Origin: Eledone cirrhosa
Lineage: Eukaryota
DNA length: 64,000 nucleotides
Direction of reading: 5' to 3'
NCBI GenBank assembly: GCA_964016885.1
Contig: OZ024744.1
Span: 26,102,001 to 26,166,000, forward strand
Both the position numbers and the translations under genes were made by a program. Each line of letters starts with the position of its first letter. Positions within the stretch are counted from its first letter, which is position 1. Under the pieces are notes generated by a model, which searched no databases, was not told where the DNA came from, and was given only the letters and a program-made list of their open reading frames with translations. This document shows positions 47,065 through 64,000 of this stretch, piece by piece.

Positions 47065-48070
47065 TGATTTCATGTATTAGCCACAAGGGCCGACATGTAG
47101 GGGACAATACAAAGACAGGGACAGTGGGGGTTTACAATAAGGTCGAGTAAAAGTGCACAATGACAAGACTAATTTAACAACGAAGATATAAAAAATATAA
47201 AATAAACTATGCATAAATATAACAAAATAAATTCCTCGATAGGGGGTGGACGACCCTGGGGTGACTCATGTACCCTACCAATCCTAAGCCACCTTGCGCT
47301 TCTAGGGCACCCAGGGAGAGCACCCCTCTCCTCAAGTTAGCTAGCCTATAGGCGCATGGTCAGAGTAGGCCCATTCACACGAGCCATTCTCGCCACATTC
47401 ATCCACCTCTTAGCAAATGTACTGAGGGGCAGCACTTCTCTCTCCACCCTCACCTTCCTTTCCAGGTGAAACTTGAAGAAGTTGATGAGGGTTTGGCCGA
47501 AGAGAAAAGTGTCTGTCTTTAGTCCTTTCAATCTGGACCACCATATAATTACTTTCGCAACTGCCACCAGACAGAGGAAAATTGCCTGCCCTTCCTGACC
47601 TAAGGAAGGCAGCGGGTCGATCTTCACTATGGACTCAGCTGATAGCCGGATCAGTTCCACCCGCGACTGTAGCTGTTCGACATAACTCCACAAGTCAGTA
47701 ATGCATGGACATTGGAAAAGTGGGTGCAGAACGCTTTCGTCTGACAGCAATTCCGTGCCTGTAGAGTCTATCCCGAACCGGCAGTGCCCCCTAGTAGCAC
47801 TGCCAAGCGACGGTAGTAGATGACGGACACGATGTACGCATTCGCCACCTCTGCGTGACCTTTCAACAACAGCTTCCTGGCAGCCCATTTATGGGTGAGA
47901 CTGGCTACCCTCCTCGTTACCTCGTCCCAATTCTTATCCACCTGGAGGCCTGGCCCGAACCAAACCCCGAGCAACTTTACCGGTCCGTCCCTCCAGCGCC
48001 CAACGATGCTGTTGGACAGCATGGAATTGCCTCTCCAGGAACCGAGTTGCAAGCACACCGACTTTTCCGG
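47065..48070 (-). mobile_element. L1/Tx1-type LINE 3' fragment
   Basis: VKLLGVWFG..NWDEV..KWAARKLLLKG..ANAYIVSVIYYR, then ESVLHPLFQC..W..V..AKVIIWWSR (L1-like RT thumb and C-terminal Zn region). Abuts an (AAT)n tract. Confidence 0.8.
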
Positions 48071-48177
48071 GTTAAGTATAATAATAGTAATAAATGCTAT
48101 ATATGTATAACGTGTATACTAAGGGAGAGACAGACAGGCAATGAGGTAAAAAAACAGAAAAACATGATGTAAGCTCA

Positions 48178-51351
<3,174 letters not shown>

Positions 51352-51702
51352 AATGTATATAAGCTTACAAACACAGCCATTGATACGTTTATAGGTAGAT
51401 GAATTTATTCGAACGTTTAGCTGTGTCCTACTTTATATATTATTCCGAAAATTTAATCTATATACCCTCCATCTCATGGAAAAAGTCAAAATATCACACA
51501 TTGGTGGTGGTGGTAAATTGACTAATTTAATGGTCTTGCAATGAAATATACTTTTTATTAGACGTAGCTATTTCTACTTATTTCCCACGTATTGTTGAGA
51601 TATCTAAAATTATACGATAACTGTGAATGGTTCTAGCATATCAAAGATAATTCACAGTTACTTAGGAAACATGTTTATGCATGACAGTCGAGAGAAAAAA
51701 GA

Positions 51703-52195
51703 GTGGTGGTGGTGGTGGTTGTGGTGGTGGTGGTGGGGATGGTGGTACTGGTGGTGATGACGTGATGGTGGTTCTGATATGGTGGTGGTGGTGATGGTGG
51801 TGGTGGTGGTGTTGTTGTTGGGGATGGTGGTGGTGGTGGTGTTAGTGGTGGTGGTGACGGTGATGTGGTGATGGTGGTGGTGGTGGTAGTGGTGGTGAAA
51901 GTGGTGGTGGTGGTGGTGGTGATGGTGGTGGTGGTGGTGTTGGGATGGTAGTGGTGGTGGTGATGTGGTAGTGGTGATGGTGGTGGTGGTGTTCGTGATG
52001 GTGGTGTTGGCGGTGTGGTGGTGGTGGTGGTGGTGGTTGTGTTCTTGTTGATGGTGGTGATGGTAGTGGTGGTGGTAGTGGTGGTGGTGGTGGTGGTGGT
52101 AGTGGTGGTGGTTCTGGTGGTGGTGGTGGTGGTGATGTGGTGGTGGTGGTGTTGGTGTTCGTGGTGGTGGTGGCGTGGTGTTGGGGATGGTGGTG

Positions 52196-52227
<32 letters not shown>

Positions 52228-52395
52228 GGTGGTGGTGGTGGTGATGGTGATGTGGCGATGGTGGTGGTAGTGGTGGTGGTAGTGGTGGTGGTGGCGGTAG
52301 TGGTGGTGGTGGAGGTGTTGGTAGTGATGTAGTGGTGGTGGAGGTGTTGGGGATGGTGGTGCTGGTGGTGGTGGTGGTGGCAGTGGTGGTGGTCG
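51703..52395. repeat. Degenerate (GGT)n trinucleotide tract
   Basis: Read directly; the Pro/His/Thr and Val ORFs here are low-complexity artefacts. Confidence 0.92.
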
Positions 52396-52517
52396 TGTGA
52401 GTGTGTGTGAGACGGAGGGGGGACCAGATATGATATCGTCTTCTTTTACTGGTATTCATTCATTATAAGGGACATTTTCACAATAATGATCAGATACGTC
52501 AGTGGCGGGGTGGATAA

Positions 52518-52619
52518 GGAGGAGGAAGATGAGGAGGAGGGGAGTGGGAGGAGTAGAGGAAGAGGAGGAGGAGGAAGAAGAAGAAGAAGAAGAAGAAGAA
52601 GAAGAAGAAGAAGAAGAAG

Positions 52620-52650
<31 letters not shown>

Positions 52651-52651
52651 G

Positions 52652-52693
<42 letters not shown>

Positions 52694-52735
52694 GAAGAAG
52701 AAGAAGAAGAAGAAGAAGAAAGAGGAGGAGCAGGA
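52518..52735. repeat. Compound (GGA)n-(AGA)n-(ATA)n-(AGA)n microsatellite
   Basis: Read directly. Confidence 0.95.
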
Positions 52736-52894
52736 GACAGAGGTGGGGACGAGGAGGGGTTTGTTGACAGTTACGTCAAAGTTTTCATATTTATTCCAAC
52801 TAAACTAGGTGTTTTGTTATTTAAATGTACACACCCCCCCTCTCATACATTTGTATTTAACACGCGAGAAGTGGCCAAATTTGTAGGGCCTGTA

Positions 52895-53030
52895 ATAATA
52901 ATAATTGTTTCTACTATTGGCACAAGGCCAGTAATTACTGGTACTTTATTTTATCAACACCGTAAGGATAAAAGGCAAAATTAACCTTCGCGGGATTTGA
53001 ACTCAGAATGGCAAGGGATGTAACTCAATC
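52895..53030 (-). mobile_element. tRNA-derived SINE, 5'-truncated
   Basis: B-box-like GAGTTCAAATCCC on minus, the body shared with the other copies, and an (ATT)n tail. Confidence 0.8.
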
Positions 53031-53050
53031 AACAAAGTGTGTGTGTATAT

Positions 53051-53087
<37 letters not shown>

Positions 53088-53091
53088 CATA

Positions 53092-53260
53092 TGGCTTCCA
53101 GAGGACTAGAATTGTTTCATTCGAAGGAACTCATCAGGAAAGCCCCGATGAATTTCTTCGAATAAAAAGTGTTATTCCAGTAGAAGCAATTTCTATATAA
53201 AACTATATAATCTACTGATGTATACCTTACTGACTGTGGTTAGCCCCGACTAAACCCGGG

Positions 53261-53263
<3 letters not shown>
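53092..53263. mobile_element. Small degenerate foldback with hammerhead core remnant
   Basis: Minus ~53108-53137: CTGATGA-GTTC(CTTC)GAAT-GAAA-CAATTC-TA. Diverged mirror arm 53144-53188 and ~75-bp tail. Confidence 0.6.
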
Positions 53264-53342
<79 letters not shown>

Positions 53343-53362
53343 TATATATATATATATATATA

Positions 53363-53582
<220 letters not shown>

Positions 53583-53599
53583 ATACATATGTATAAATA

Positions 53600-54004
<405 letters not shown>

Positions 54005-54450
54005 AAATAATGTCATAGGATGTTGGCATGATTCCAGGAATATGTTTCTGCTTTATAAAAGGAAGCCTCTCAAAGTCTCCTATATATGTAACTACCTAAA
54101 CTGGTACCGATCGTCCCAAATTATTTCAACTAACAATATACACAAACACTCATATATATATATATATACATATATATACATGCATACATTCATACATACA
54201 TACAGACATAAATACATACACACATACAGATATATATAAATACATATATACATACATACATACATACATACATACAGACATACATAGATGCATACATACA
54301 TAGAGACATACAGACATATATACACACATAAATACATACACACATGCAGACATGTATAAATATATACATACATACAGACATACATTCAAACATACATACA
54401 TACATACATACATACATACATACATACATACATACATACATACATACATA

Positions 54451-56465
54451 CATGGTGGCTGCCAACTCGTTTTCGAGTACGGCCACTACTTTATATCCAT
54501 GTAGGAGAACCCCTACCGATGCGCTGAACGAGTGTGACTTTTTAGTCCAGCCAGCGACTTGAAAACTCTGGTACAAACACTACACTTGTGACAATTACTG
54601 ACACATAGTGCTGGGCCCATGGTACCATGTGACGACAAGTGCAGAGAGATCTCTAGATATAAAGCAATGCCTGTGCCGTGAAGCTTTTATAGTGAGCAAA
54701 GGCACTGCACAAAGCCAGTCCCACTCTCTTAACCAAGATGATATTTACCAAAAAGAAGAACAAGTCAACATCATTGGATACCTTCAGGGTTGCAGGTGCT
54801 ATATCAGAGTTTTCCTTCTCCTAGAATTCTGCCTTGACAAAGGCTAAGGGGTCATCTCTCCCGGTGATTTTGGATGGCCATTGACTCTTAAGAGCTCCTT
54901 TGCCCTTTGACAGGTTTTGTTTTTAGTCCTGCAGGATGTCCAAAGTCACCCTCCTCACCAAGAAACCTTGGTGGGGTTGCCAGTTTAGTCGCCAACGACC
55001 CGACCATGGGACAGGTTGTACTGGGATACATGTTACCAGTAGCACCAACTGGTGACCTGACATACATACATACATACATACAAAATACAGACATAGAAAA
55101 CATGCACAGTAGTGGAAATTAGCTGCCCAGCAGATGCCAATATAATATCAAAGATTAGTGAAAAGGAGAATATTTATGAAAGAACTGATGAGAAATCTGC
55201 AGATCCTCCACCCTGATTACACCTTCAGATTTATGCCTCTGATTATTGGGGCACTGGGATATGTTAGTAACTGCCTCAATACAAATCTTGAGAAGCTAGG
55301 CTTCACAGGAACAGAAAGAACACAACTAGTTAGGAAATTACAAGCACAATCCATTAATGGAACAGTAAAAATATGTAAAAGATTCCAAAATGTTGCATCT
55401 AATAACTGCATATACACATGTACAGATACAAAGCATATAAACATGCACACATACAACTCAAAACATACACATCCACACATACAATAACATCCATATCTAC
55501 ACCTGCAGACATACATACATATCTACCTAGTTGATGTTGTGTAAATTCCAATGAGAGAGTCTTGTGTCTATGTTAGAAACCGACTCTCTCTCTATTGGTA
55601 AAACTTTGTGAAATTATAAAACTAGAAGAACATACATATAGACATACATTCATGCACACATACAGACATAAATACAAACACACATGCAGACATATATAAA
55701 TACATATATACATAAGAGACATACATACATACAAACATACATACATACACAATACATACATACATACATACATACATACATACATACATACATACATACA
55801 TACATACATAGAGACATACAAACATACAGACATACATACAGTCATACATACATACATGGTAGCTGCCAACTCGTTTTCGAGTACGGCCACTACTTTATAT
55901 CCATGTAGGAGAACCCCTACCGATGCGCTGAACAAGTGTGACTTTTTAGTCCAGCCAGCGACTTGAAAACTCTGGTACAAACACTACACTTGTGACAATG
56001 ATTGACACATAGTGCTGGGCCCATGGTACCATTTGACGACAAGTGCATAGAGATCTGCAGATACAAAGCAATGCCTGTGCCGTGAAGCTTTTAAAGTGAG
56101 CAAATGCACTGCTCAAAGCCAGTCCCACTCTCTTAACCAAGATGATATTTACCAAAAAGAAGAACAAGTCAACATCATTGGATACCATCAGAGTTGCAGG
56201 TGTTATATCAGAGTTTTCCTTCTCCTAGAATTCTGCCTTGACAAAGGCTAAGGGGTCATCTCTCTCGGTGATTTTGGATGGCCATTGACTCTTAAGAGCT
56301 CCTTTGCCCTTTGACAGGTTTTGTTTTTAGTCCTGCAGGATGTCCAAAGTCACCCTCCCCACCAAGAAACCTTGGTAGGGTTGCCAGTTTAGTCGCCAAC
56401 GACCCGACCATGAGACAGGTTGTACTGGGATACATGTTACCAGTAGCACCAACTGGTGACCTGAC
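54451..56465. repeat. Direct duplication of a ~610-bp unit (54451-55061 and 55855-56465, offset 1404) in (CATA)n
   Basis: Co-linear, highly similar copies. The distal half (GAGTTTTCCTTCTCCTAGA..GCCT..AAGGCT) resembles an RTE-LINE 5' UTR on the minus strand, from recall only. Confidence 0.9.
55095..55630 (+). mobile_element. 3' fragment of a restriction-like-endonuclease LINE (R4/Dong-like) in (CATA)n
   Basis: Frameshifted VVEISCPADANI..KISEKENIY..L..PLIIGALGYV..LQAQSINGTVKICK, typical of the REL domain C-terminus. Flanked by CATA repeats. Confidence 0.7.
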
Positions 56466-56509
56466 ATACACATATATATACACACATACATACATACAGA
56501 CATACATAC

Positions 56510-56540
<31 letters not shown>

Positions 56541-57813
56541 CATACATACATACATACATACAGACAGACAGACATACAGACAGAAATACAGACAGGCTTC
56601 AAAACTGCTGAAACCCATCAGTATTGATCAGACACCACACTCGTTTTCAGTAAAAGCATTTTTTTTTTTCTTTTTTCAGTCAAATTCTTCGTCGTTAGTA
56701 GATTTAAGTCTTGAAGGACGAATCGATTAACAGTTGGTAAAGTCCTGGTGAATGGGTTCACTTTCTCAAGTTGGACAGCAGAATAGGGAATCTAATAATA
56801 AAATATCAGAGTGTATTGAAAGGGCAGAGAAAGAGATTGGAGGGAATTATTACATTTTGATATTCTCCAGCTGTCAAATATCTCCCAGGGATACTAACAC
56901 CGAAAGGCAGAAGGAATAACAAACAACAAGCAAAACAAAACAAAACAAAACAAAACAAAACGGAATGAAAGGGGAAGAATGAAGAAAGAAAAAAAAAGAT
57001 AAAGAAAGAGAAATGAGAAGAGAGAGGAAGAGTGAGAGAAAGATGGTAGCGTGTGTTAACTATTTCAGGTTTATCAGAGGGGATGTGGTGGCTAGTGGTG
57101 TTTCTTTCAACGGATGCCGCTAGCAATATATGATACAGCGTTTTCTAAGAGAACAACAAAGAATATTTAAATTTCAGATTAGAGATGCCGAGATTGCATA
57201 ATCATAGAGTTTGAACGGTTGCTTTGAACCTACCGAATCGATTATCTATTCTGCATCATGAATGACCAATGGCTAGTTCGTTTGACAGAAAGGGAGGAGC
57301 GCAAAGTCCGGATAACTAACTTCCTCCATTGCTGACCAAATCTGAAACATTTCAGCGTCTGTATATGTACGTTCGTCTGTTTTCTTTCATATTAGCTTTG
57401 TTTGTTCTTTTTACCTTTTTTCTCTCACTCTCTCTGCTCTCTGATAAAGAAGTTGCTAGTTGTTAGGCTTGGCATAACAAAGAAATCGTACTCGCTCGGA
57501 ACGGCATCTTCAAGAATGTTGAGGCTGTGCCGAAATTGGGGACTATAATCAGGTTAACAGTTTGTTGGCGATAAATATCTAAAAACATTTGAATCAATAA
57601 AACCATTATTGCCTTTACTATTCTTAAGAGCATGAACGAAACTCGGTGTGATTAAATAGTGTTTTAAATACATACATACAATGCATACGTACATGAACGC
57701 ATACTTACATACATACATGCGTTTGTGCGATTATAATTGTAGTATATATATATATGCACGCGCAAGTCACGCACACACTCACACATTTATATATTTATAT
57801 ATATGTAGTTGCT

Positions 57814-57901
<88 letters not shown>

Positions 57902-58095
57902 AACGAGAGAGACTACGGAATACAGGGATATATATAATTCAACCGTTTACAGATACTCTAAACCTGCCGCGGTTATATATTTTAGAGCTTAAAGGGTAGA
58001 ATAAACGCAAAAAAACTAGTACTTCTGTATGTATATGCATGCGTGTATGTATATATGTATGTACGTATGTAAATATATATATATGTATATGTATA

Positions 58096-58169
<74 letters not shown>

Positions 58170-58173
<4 letters not shown>

Positions 58174-59434
58174 AACAAAAGATGGTTAAAGGAGTTCCAT
58201 CTATTTTATTATGCGCATTTCAAAAACAAACATCATCATGCAATAATATTTGTGTCTTCATCAGATAAAACAGGAGGACATGATATGAAGGCCAAAAAAC
58301 ACTTGTGGATAGTGCAGTTTTAAATCAACATATGAGAAGTAGTTTTAGATTGATGTGTGATATTGGGAAAAATATTTTATTTAGAGGGGGGTGGAAAGGA
58401 TGAAAACGAGGAGGAGATGAGAGTGAAGGTGGAGAGGGAGGAATATAATGAGGAAGGATGAGATAGGAGGAGAGATGGGTGATAGAGAGAGAGAGATAGT
58501 TTTTATAACTGAGAAAGATATATTGTTTTACATTATTTTTCTCAAATCCTTCAATATACAAACCTTAACTTTACACTTCTTTTTTTTTTTCTCTTCGTTA
58601 ATTTTCAAATTTCCATAATACTTGTAGACTCTTTCTACACCACCCATATTTACCACTTCCTTTTCCTCTCCTCTAATATCTAACCCCTAATCTGTACCTT
58701 TTCTCACTCTTGCCTAACATAGAATCAATTATTACATAATACAACACATTCTTACTCTATATCACCTTATAAAAATCCTTCGTAAACATATACATTTTTT
58801 TTTTGACGTTAGAATATTCATCCGCAATTCTTTATTCTCTTCTCTCTATCATCAAACTCATTATTCTCAATACATATTAACTCCCTCTCCTTCTTCGCAC
58901 ATATTTTTCCCTTCGTTAATTTTCAAATTCTTTTAATTTATACATTATCTTCCAACGGTTTTCAACCTCTCTATGTAAAACAATATATCTTTCTTAGTTA
59001 TAAAAACTATCTCTCTCTCTCTATCACCCATCTCTCCTCCTATCTCATCCTTCCTCATTATATTCCTCCCTCTCCACCTTCACTCTCATCTCCTCCCCCT
59101 TTTTTCATTCTTTCCACCACCCCCCTCTAAATAAAATATTTTCCCCAATATCACACATCAATCTAAAACTACTTCTCATATGTTGATTTAAAACTGCACT
59201 ATCCACAAGTGTTTTTGGCCTTCATATCATGTCCTCCCGTTTTATCTGATGAACACACAAATATTGTTGCATGATCATGTTTGTTTTTGAAATGCGCATA
59301 ATAAAATACATGGAACTCCTTTAACCATCTTTTGCTCTTATATATTATGTATACTCCAGTCCTACAAACTGTAGAGTGCTTCTTATCCGATATCTGCATT
59401 GCTTTATTGTACTACAATAAAACTCACCTCCTAC

Positions 59435-59437
<3 letters not shown>
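58170..59437 (+). mobile_element. Non-coding foldback derivative of P3 (family C) with hammerheads on both strands
   Basis: Arms 58170-58531 / 58973-59343, tail 59344-59437 matching 51159-51250, spacer is rearranged P3 3' UTR. Hammerheads at 58204-58270 (-) and 59240-59306 (+). Confidence 0.92.
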
Positions 59438-59817
<380 letters not shown>

Positions 59818-59985
59818 ATTAAATAAATGGAAACTATATTTATAAAACCATATTTATTTCATTATATATATTTCGGGGATATCATATTAACAATATGCTA
59901 TGCCTTCCTCAGACAAAATACAATATAAACAGTTTTATAGATAAATAGATTCGACATACCGTTATAACACCGACTTGCATTTGAA

Positions 59986-61892
59986 CATTGAGAGCTTAGA
60001 GAAAACTGAGAAGATCTTGGTGAAATCTGACAAGACCAACAACCTCTATGGAGTGCAGAAAGACATGTATAATGGCCTCATACTGAAAGAGCTGAGGAGA
60101 AAGTACAAGGTAGCAGATAAGGCCGAACTTGAGAAAATGAATGTCGAAGCATCTTGTATAATGCACGAGTTGGAAATTGAGAACAGAACACAACCTTTCG
60201 TGCCCAGGAAACCGAAGATCAATATGAAGGATCACAAGAGGAATTTTGAAAATGATCTGCCAGTTAGATTGATCGCACCATCAAAATCGGACCTGGGCAA
60301 ATTAAGCAAAAACATTCTTGACAGGGTGATACAGCAAATTAAGAACTTGGATTGTGTATCTAACCTGAGCTTGTGGAAGGGAACTGGAGAGGTTGTTGAG
60401 TGGTTTAGGCAAATTAAATATAACAATAATAATAGGTTTATTCAACTTGATATAGCTAACTATTATTCTTCTATTACCCCTAGTCTACTAAATAAGGCAC
60501 TAAATTACGCATTCAAACATACTGACCTAACTAGCAAAGAAATGCATATTATATTATCGGCTAGGAAAACTTTGATAGAATTTAATGACAAATTATGGAC
60601 CAGAGCAGATAGAAATAGCAATTTTGACATAACTATGGGATCTTCCGACTCAGCTCAGGTAACTGACCTTGTGGGCTTATTTTTAATCAATTCGCTACAT
60701 AGGAAAATACCTGGTACTACCGGAGGTTTATATAGGGATGACATGCTTTTACTTATTAATAATAATAACCCTGAACTAAATAGAAAATGTAAACAAATTA
60801 CAAAATTTTTTAATTACTTTAACCTTAAAATAGAAATTGAGAACAACCATAGAATAGTCAATTTCCTAGATATAACATTAAATCTCAACACATGTCTCCA
60901 CTATGCTTTTCACAAGTTGAATGAAAACTTAAACTATGTCAACTTTAACTCTAACCACCCCAGATCTGTCAAAAACACTATAGTAAACTCTGTTCAAAAA
61001 CGTATCTCTAGGATCTCGTCGAACAGAAAGATTTTCGACGAAAAGGCCCAATACTATAATGAAGCATTAGCTAGGGCAGGATATGCTGATAAGATTGTGT
61101 ACATAGATAATGATAGACAAACTAAACAAAGTAACAACTTTTTTAATTACGGCAACAACATTAACAACTATAATAGAAAGCATTACAATAATTCCAAAGG
61201 CCAAAAAAGAAATAGAACTAGGAACATAATTTGGTTTGCCCCCCCTTTCTCACTAAACATTAAAACCCACATCGCTAAATTATTTTTCAAAGCTCTTGAT
61301 AATCGCTTCCCTAGAACACATAGGTATCACTCAATTTTCAATAGGCATACAATTAAATTAACCTACTCATCCACCAAAAATTTAGCACAAAATATTAATA
61401 GAATAAATAATAGGAACTTAAAACCTAGTGATAATAGCATACATAATATACAAGTTAACAAATGTAACTGTAGAGATAGATCTAAATGTCCGTTAAATAA
61501 TAACTGCTTAGTTAAAAATATAGTATACAATTGTAATGTTAATACTGACTCTAATTCTTTTAACTACGTCGGTTCCACATCGACGGAATTTAAACTTCGC
61601 TATAATAACCACAAGAATTCTTTCACAGATCCAAGTAAAAAAATCTTCAACGGCACTATCAGGCGTACTCTGGCAACTTAAGCTAGATAACGTTAGATAT
61701 TCGACGGCTTGGAATATAGTCTCAAGGGGGATTCCTTTTAATTCATCCTCTGAGACATGTGACCTCTGCGCAGAGGAGATATTCTTTATACTAAAATCTA
61801 AAAATTCCCTTAATCTACGGACAAATTTATTCAGTTGTTGCAAACATAGATTAAACTCAACGTTTAAATATAAATTTAAATTTAAAATGTAG
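59986..61892 (+). pseudogene. PLE reverse transcriptase + GIY-YIG endonuclease ORF, N-terminally truncated, one frameshift
   Basis: KSDKTNNLY, MKDHK, VRLIAP, FIQLDIANYY, FDITMGSSDS, GGLYRDD, VNFLDI, WFAPPFS, CNCRDRSKCPL, NIVY..NYVGST..RYNNH. After one extra A in the A7 run at ~61637-61643 it continues STALS..CDLCAEE..CCKHR. Confidence 0.93.
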
Positions 61893-63278
61893 TATATTTA
61901 GTTTGATTTATATTTATATGGGAAACTAGCCGATAAATTTTTGATTCCTTCTTTTTATTCTTTTTTTATTGTTTATTTTTATTTTATTTTTATTTAAACA
62001 TTCCTCATGAAAAATTAAGCTACCCTAAAAGCTGATGCTCCAAATATTTTGAATAAACCTTACACTAGATAAACTTCTATATTAAATATAAGAACACATG
62101 TAGACTAAATTGGACATCATAAACTTTTTGAAATGATCTTTGCTAGATGTGATTTGATAGATAATTTTTGGCTTTGTCTTATAATGAACTTGGCAATATA
62201 TTGTCAATTAATTTTGAAGGGTTGATCTTTGTGGTTTATTTTTATTTTTTATTATTGTAGTATTTTATAATATTTTTTATTTTTATTTTTAATATCTTTA
62301 ATATGTAAATTTTTTAATACGTAACATTTTTTAATACGTAATATTTTTTAGTATGTAATATTTTTAATATGTAATATTCTTTCGTAATATTTTTTTAGTT
62401 TTCTATTTTATTATTACTTATTATTATTATTGTTATCTTTTTATTTTTAGTTTTGTTTCTGATATATATTTTTATTAGTATATTGAAATCTGCTCTCTAT
62501 TTCTGCTTGATAGATAATCTTGTAGAGTAAAGACAGGAATAATAATACACATATATGTATACTCAAATTTTTATACCACAATGAGAATGTTTTCCGTGAA
62601 CTTAGAGTTTGCAGAGTTGATAATGTGGATTCACATGGATGTTTGTAGCTATAACATAAACATATGAATTTTTTTTAAACTAAACATAAGATAATTAATT
62701 TTCACACACTATGGATACTTGTCTCATTCAGGAATACTGATATTTACAATATAGTGGAAGTTTTATGAATTCTAATACATTAAGACATAGGGTTTTTACG
62801 CCTCGAATATATCTGGCTATTTTTAAATTTTTTTCTCTCGCTATTTTTTCTCTCTCTATATTTTTTTCTCTCTATATATATATCTCCCTTACATTAATAC
62901 TAGAGCTAAATAAATAAATAAATAAATAAATGTATCATTGATACATTTACTCAAAATGACCTCCCACTACCTAATTTTCTATATATATATGTATCTATCT
63001 CTATTTCCTCTCTCTCTATATATATATATATCTTTCTGTTTCTTTACATGAAGTTCTTCTCTTTATCTATCTTTCCATCTCTATATTTTGTTCCATGCAT
63101 TTCTTCTTTTTCTTCCTTTTCTTCGTTTTCTGTCTTTCTTTCTTTTTTCTCTCTTTTTTTTCTCTCTTTCTTTCTCTCTGTGTAACATTTTTTCACTGCC
63201 AGCTTAACCTCTTCAAATGCAAGTCGGTGTTATAACGGTATGTCGAATCTATTTATCTATAAAACTGTTTATATTGTA

Positions 63279-63340
63279 TTTTGTCTGAGGAAGGCATAGC
63301 ATATTGTTAATATGATATCCCCGAAATATATATAATGAAA
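63279..63340 (+). ncRNA. Type-I hammerhead motif in P4 pLTR (mirror copy 59857-59918, minus)
   Basis: TTTTGT-CTGAGGA-AGGCATAGCATATT(GTT)AATATGATATCCCC-GAAA-TATATA-TA-ATGAAA. Stem II is imperfect. Confidence 0.75.
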
Positions 63341-63472
63341 TAAATATGGTTTTATAAATATAGTTTCCATTTATTTAATATTGTAAATATACTCCAAATA
63401 TTTGTCGAGTGCTTTTATATCAGTTATAAATATTTACTAGTTGTAACCCAACAATTTTAAATATAACTTTCC

Positions 63473-63538
<66 letters not shown>

Positions 63539-63614
63539 GTATATATGTATATATATGTATAGATGTATGTATATTTTTACTCCAATATTTTGTTGAGTGC
63601 TTTATATCAGTTAT

Positions 63615-63667
63615 AATAATTGTTTCTACTTTAGACACAAGGCCAGCAATTACCCAGTGCATTACTA
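63615..63667 (-). mobile_element. SINE 3' fragment
   Basis: ATAATTGTTTCTACTTTAGACACAAGGCCAGCAATTACCCAGTGCATTACT. Confidence 0.75.
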
Positions 63668-64000
63668 ATCCTTTTGATATATTTCCAGATAGCAGTAGAT
63701 ATACTAAAGGTAGAAACAGAAGGAGACTCAATGGGGTTTCGGCTGATTCTAATAATGTGGTTTTAACTAGTCCTCTTAGTAACCCAGATCTTAATAATGG
63801 GATATTAGATAACGGTAGATTTTGTAAGGATAAAAATAGAAGGAGACTAAATACTTATTTTAACCCGCCATATAATCAGGAAGTATTAACTAATATCCCT
63901 AGGTCTTTGTTTTCTATCTTAGAGAAATATTTCCCTCCTACTAATAAATACCATAGTATTTTTAATAAAAATGTAATTAAACTTTCATTCTCTACCACCA
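63668..64000 (+). mobile_element. Fifth Penelope-like element, 5'-truncated, running off the window (absent from the ORF track)
   Basis: Open frame to the window end: ..RRRLNTYFNPPYNQEVLTNIPRSLFSILEKYFPPTNKYHSIFNKNVIKLSFSTT, homologous to the P4 segment WFAPPFS..FPRTHRYHSIFNRHTIKLTYSST. Confidence 0.9.

Noticed and set aside
51842-52767. Pro/His-rich and poly-Arg ORFs
   Set aside because: Translations of trinucleotide microsatellites.
53014-53030. ATGTAACTCA in the SINE equals the minisatellite core, hinting at a SINE origin for the satellite
   Set aside because: The match is only ~10 bp and is not conserved in the 8344 SINE copy.
56660-56745. Polypyrimidine tract + CAG and a downstream GTAAAG, suggesting an exon
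   Set aside because: Stops occur in all three frames and no partner exons were recognised. A UTR or terminal exon cannot be excluded without RNA-seq.

Overview
Repeat-saturated animal DNA with no recognisable host gene. The SINE sequence and (TA)n density suggest a coleoid cephalopod, which is an inference from recall. 1-8.2 kb is a 98-bp GT-rich satellite and 8.6-26.8 kb is a 22-24-bp minisatellite; both show kb-scale higher-order duplications and their ORFs are artefacts. 26.8-64 kb is a (TA)n/(CATA)n microsatellite matrix packed with retroelements: five Penelope-like elements (RT + C-terminal GIY-YIG, Naiad-like), RTE, CR1, L1/Tx1 and R4-like LINE fragments, and tRNA-type SINE fragments. 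The most notable signal is about 13 insertions from about 12 unrelated sequence families that share one asymmetric foldback architecture: (TA)n, short arm, inverted long arm, 65-145-bp unpaired tail, (TA)n. Most carry type-I hammerhead ribozyme motifs with a minimal, usually palindromic stem III, often on both strands. Four families use a U3-A8 core variant. All alignments and folds were done by eye, so boundaries are approximate.
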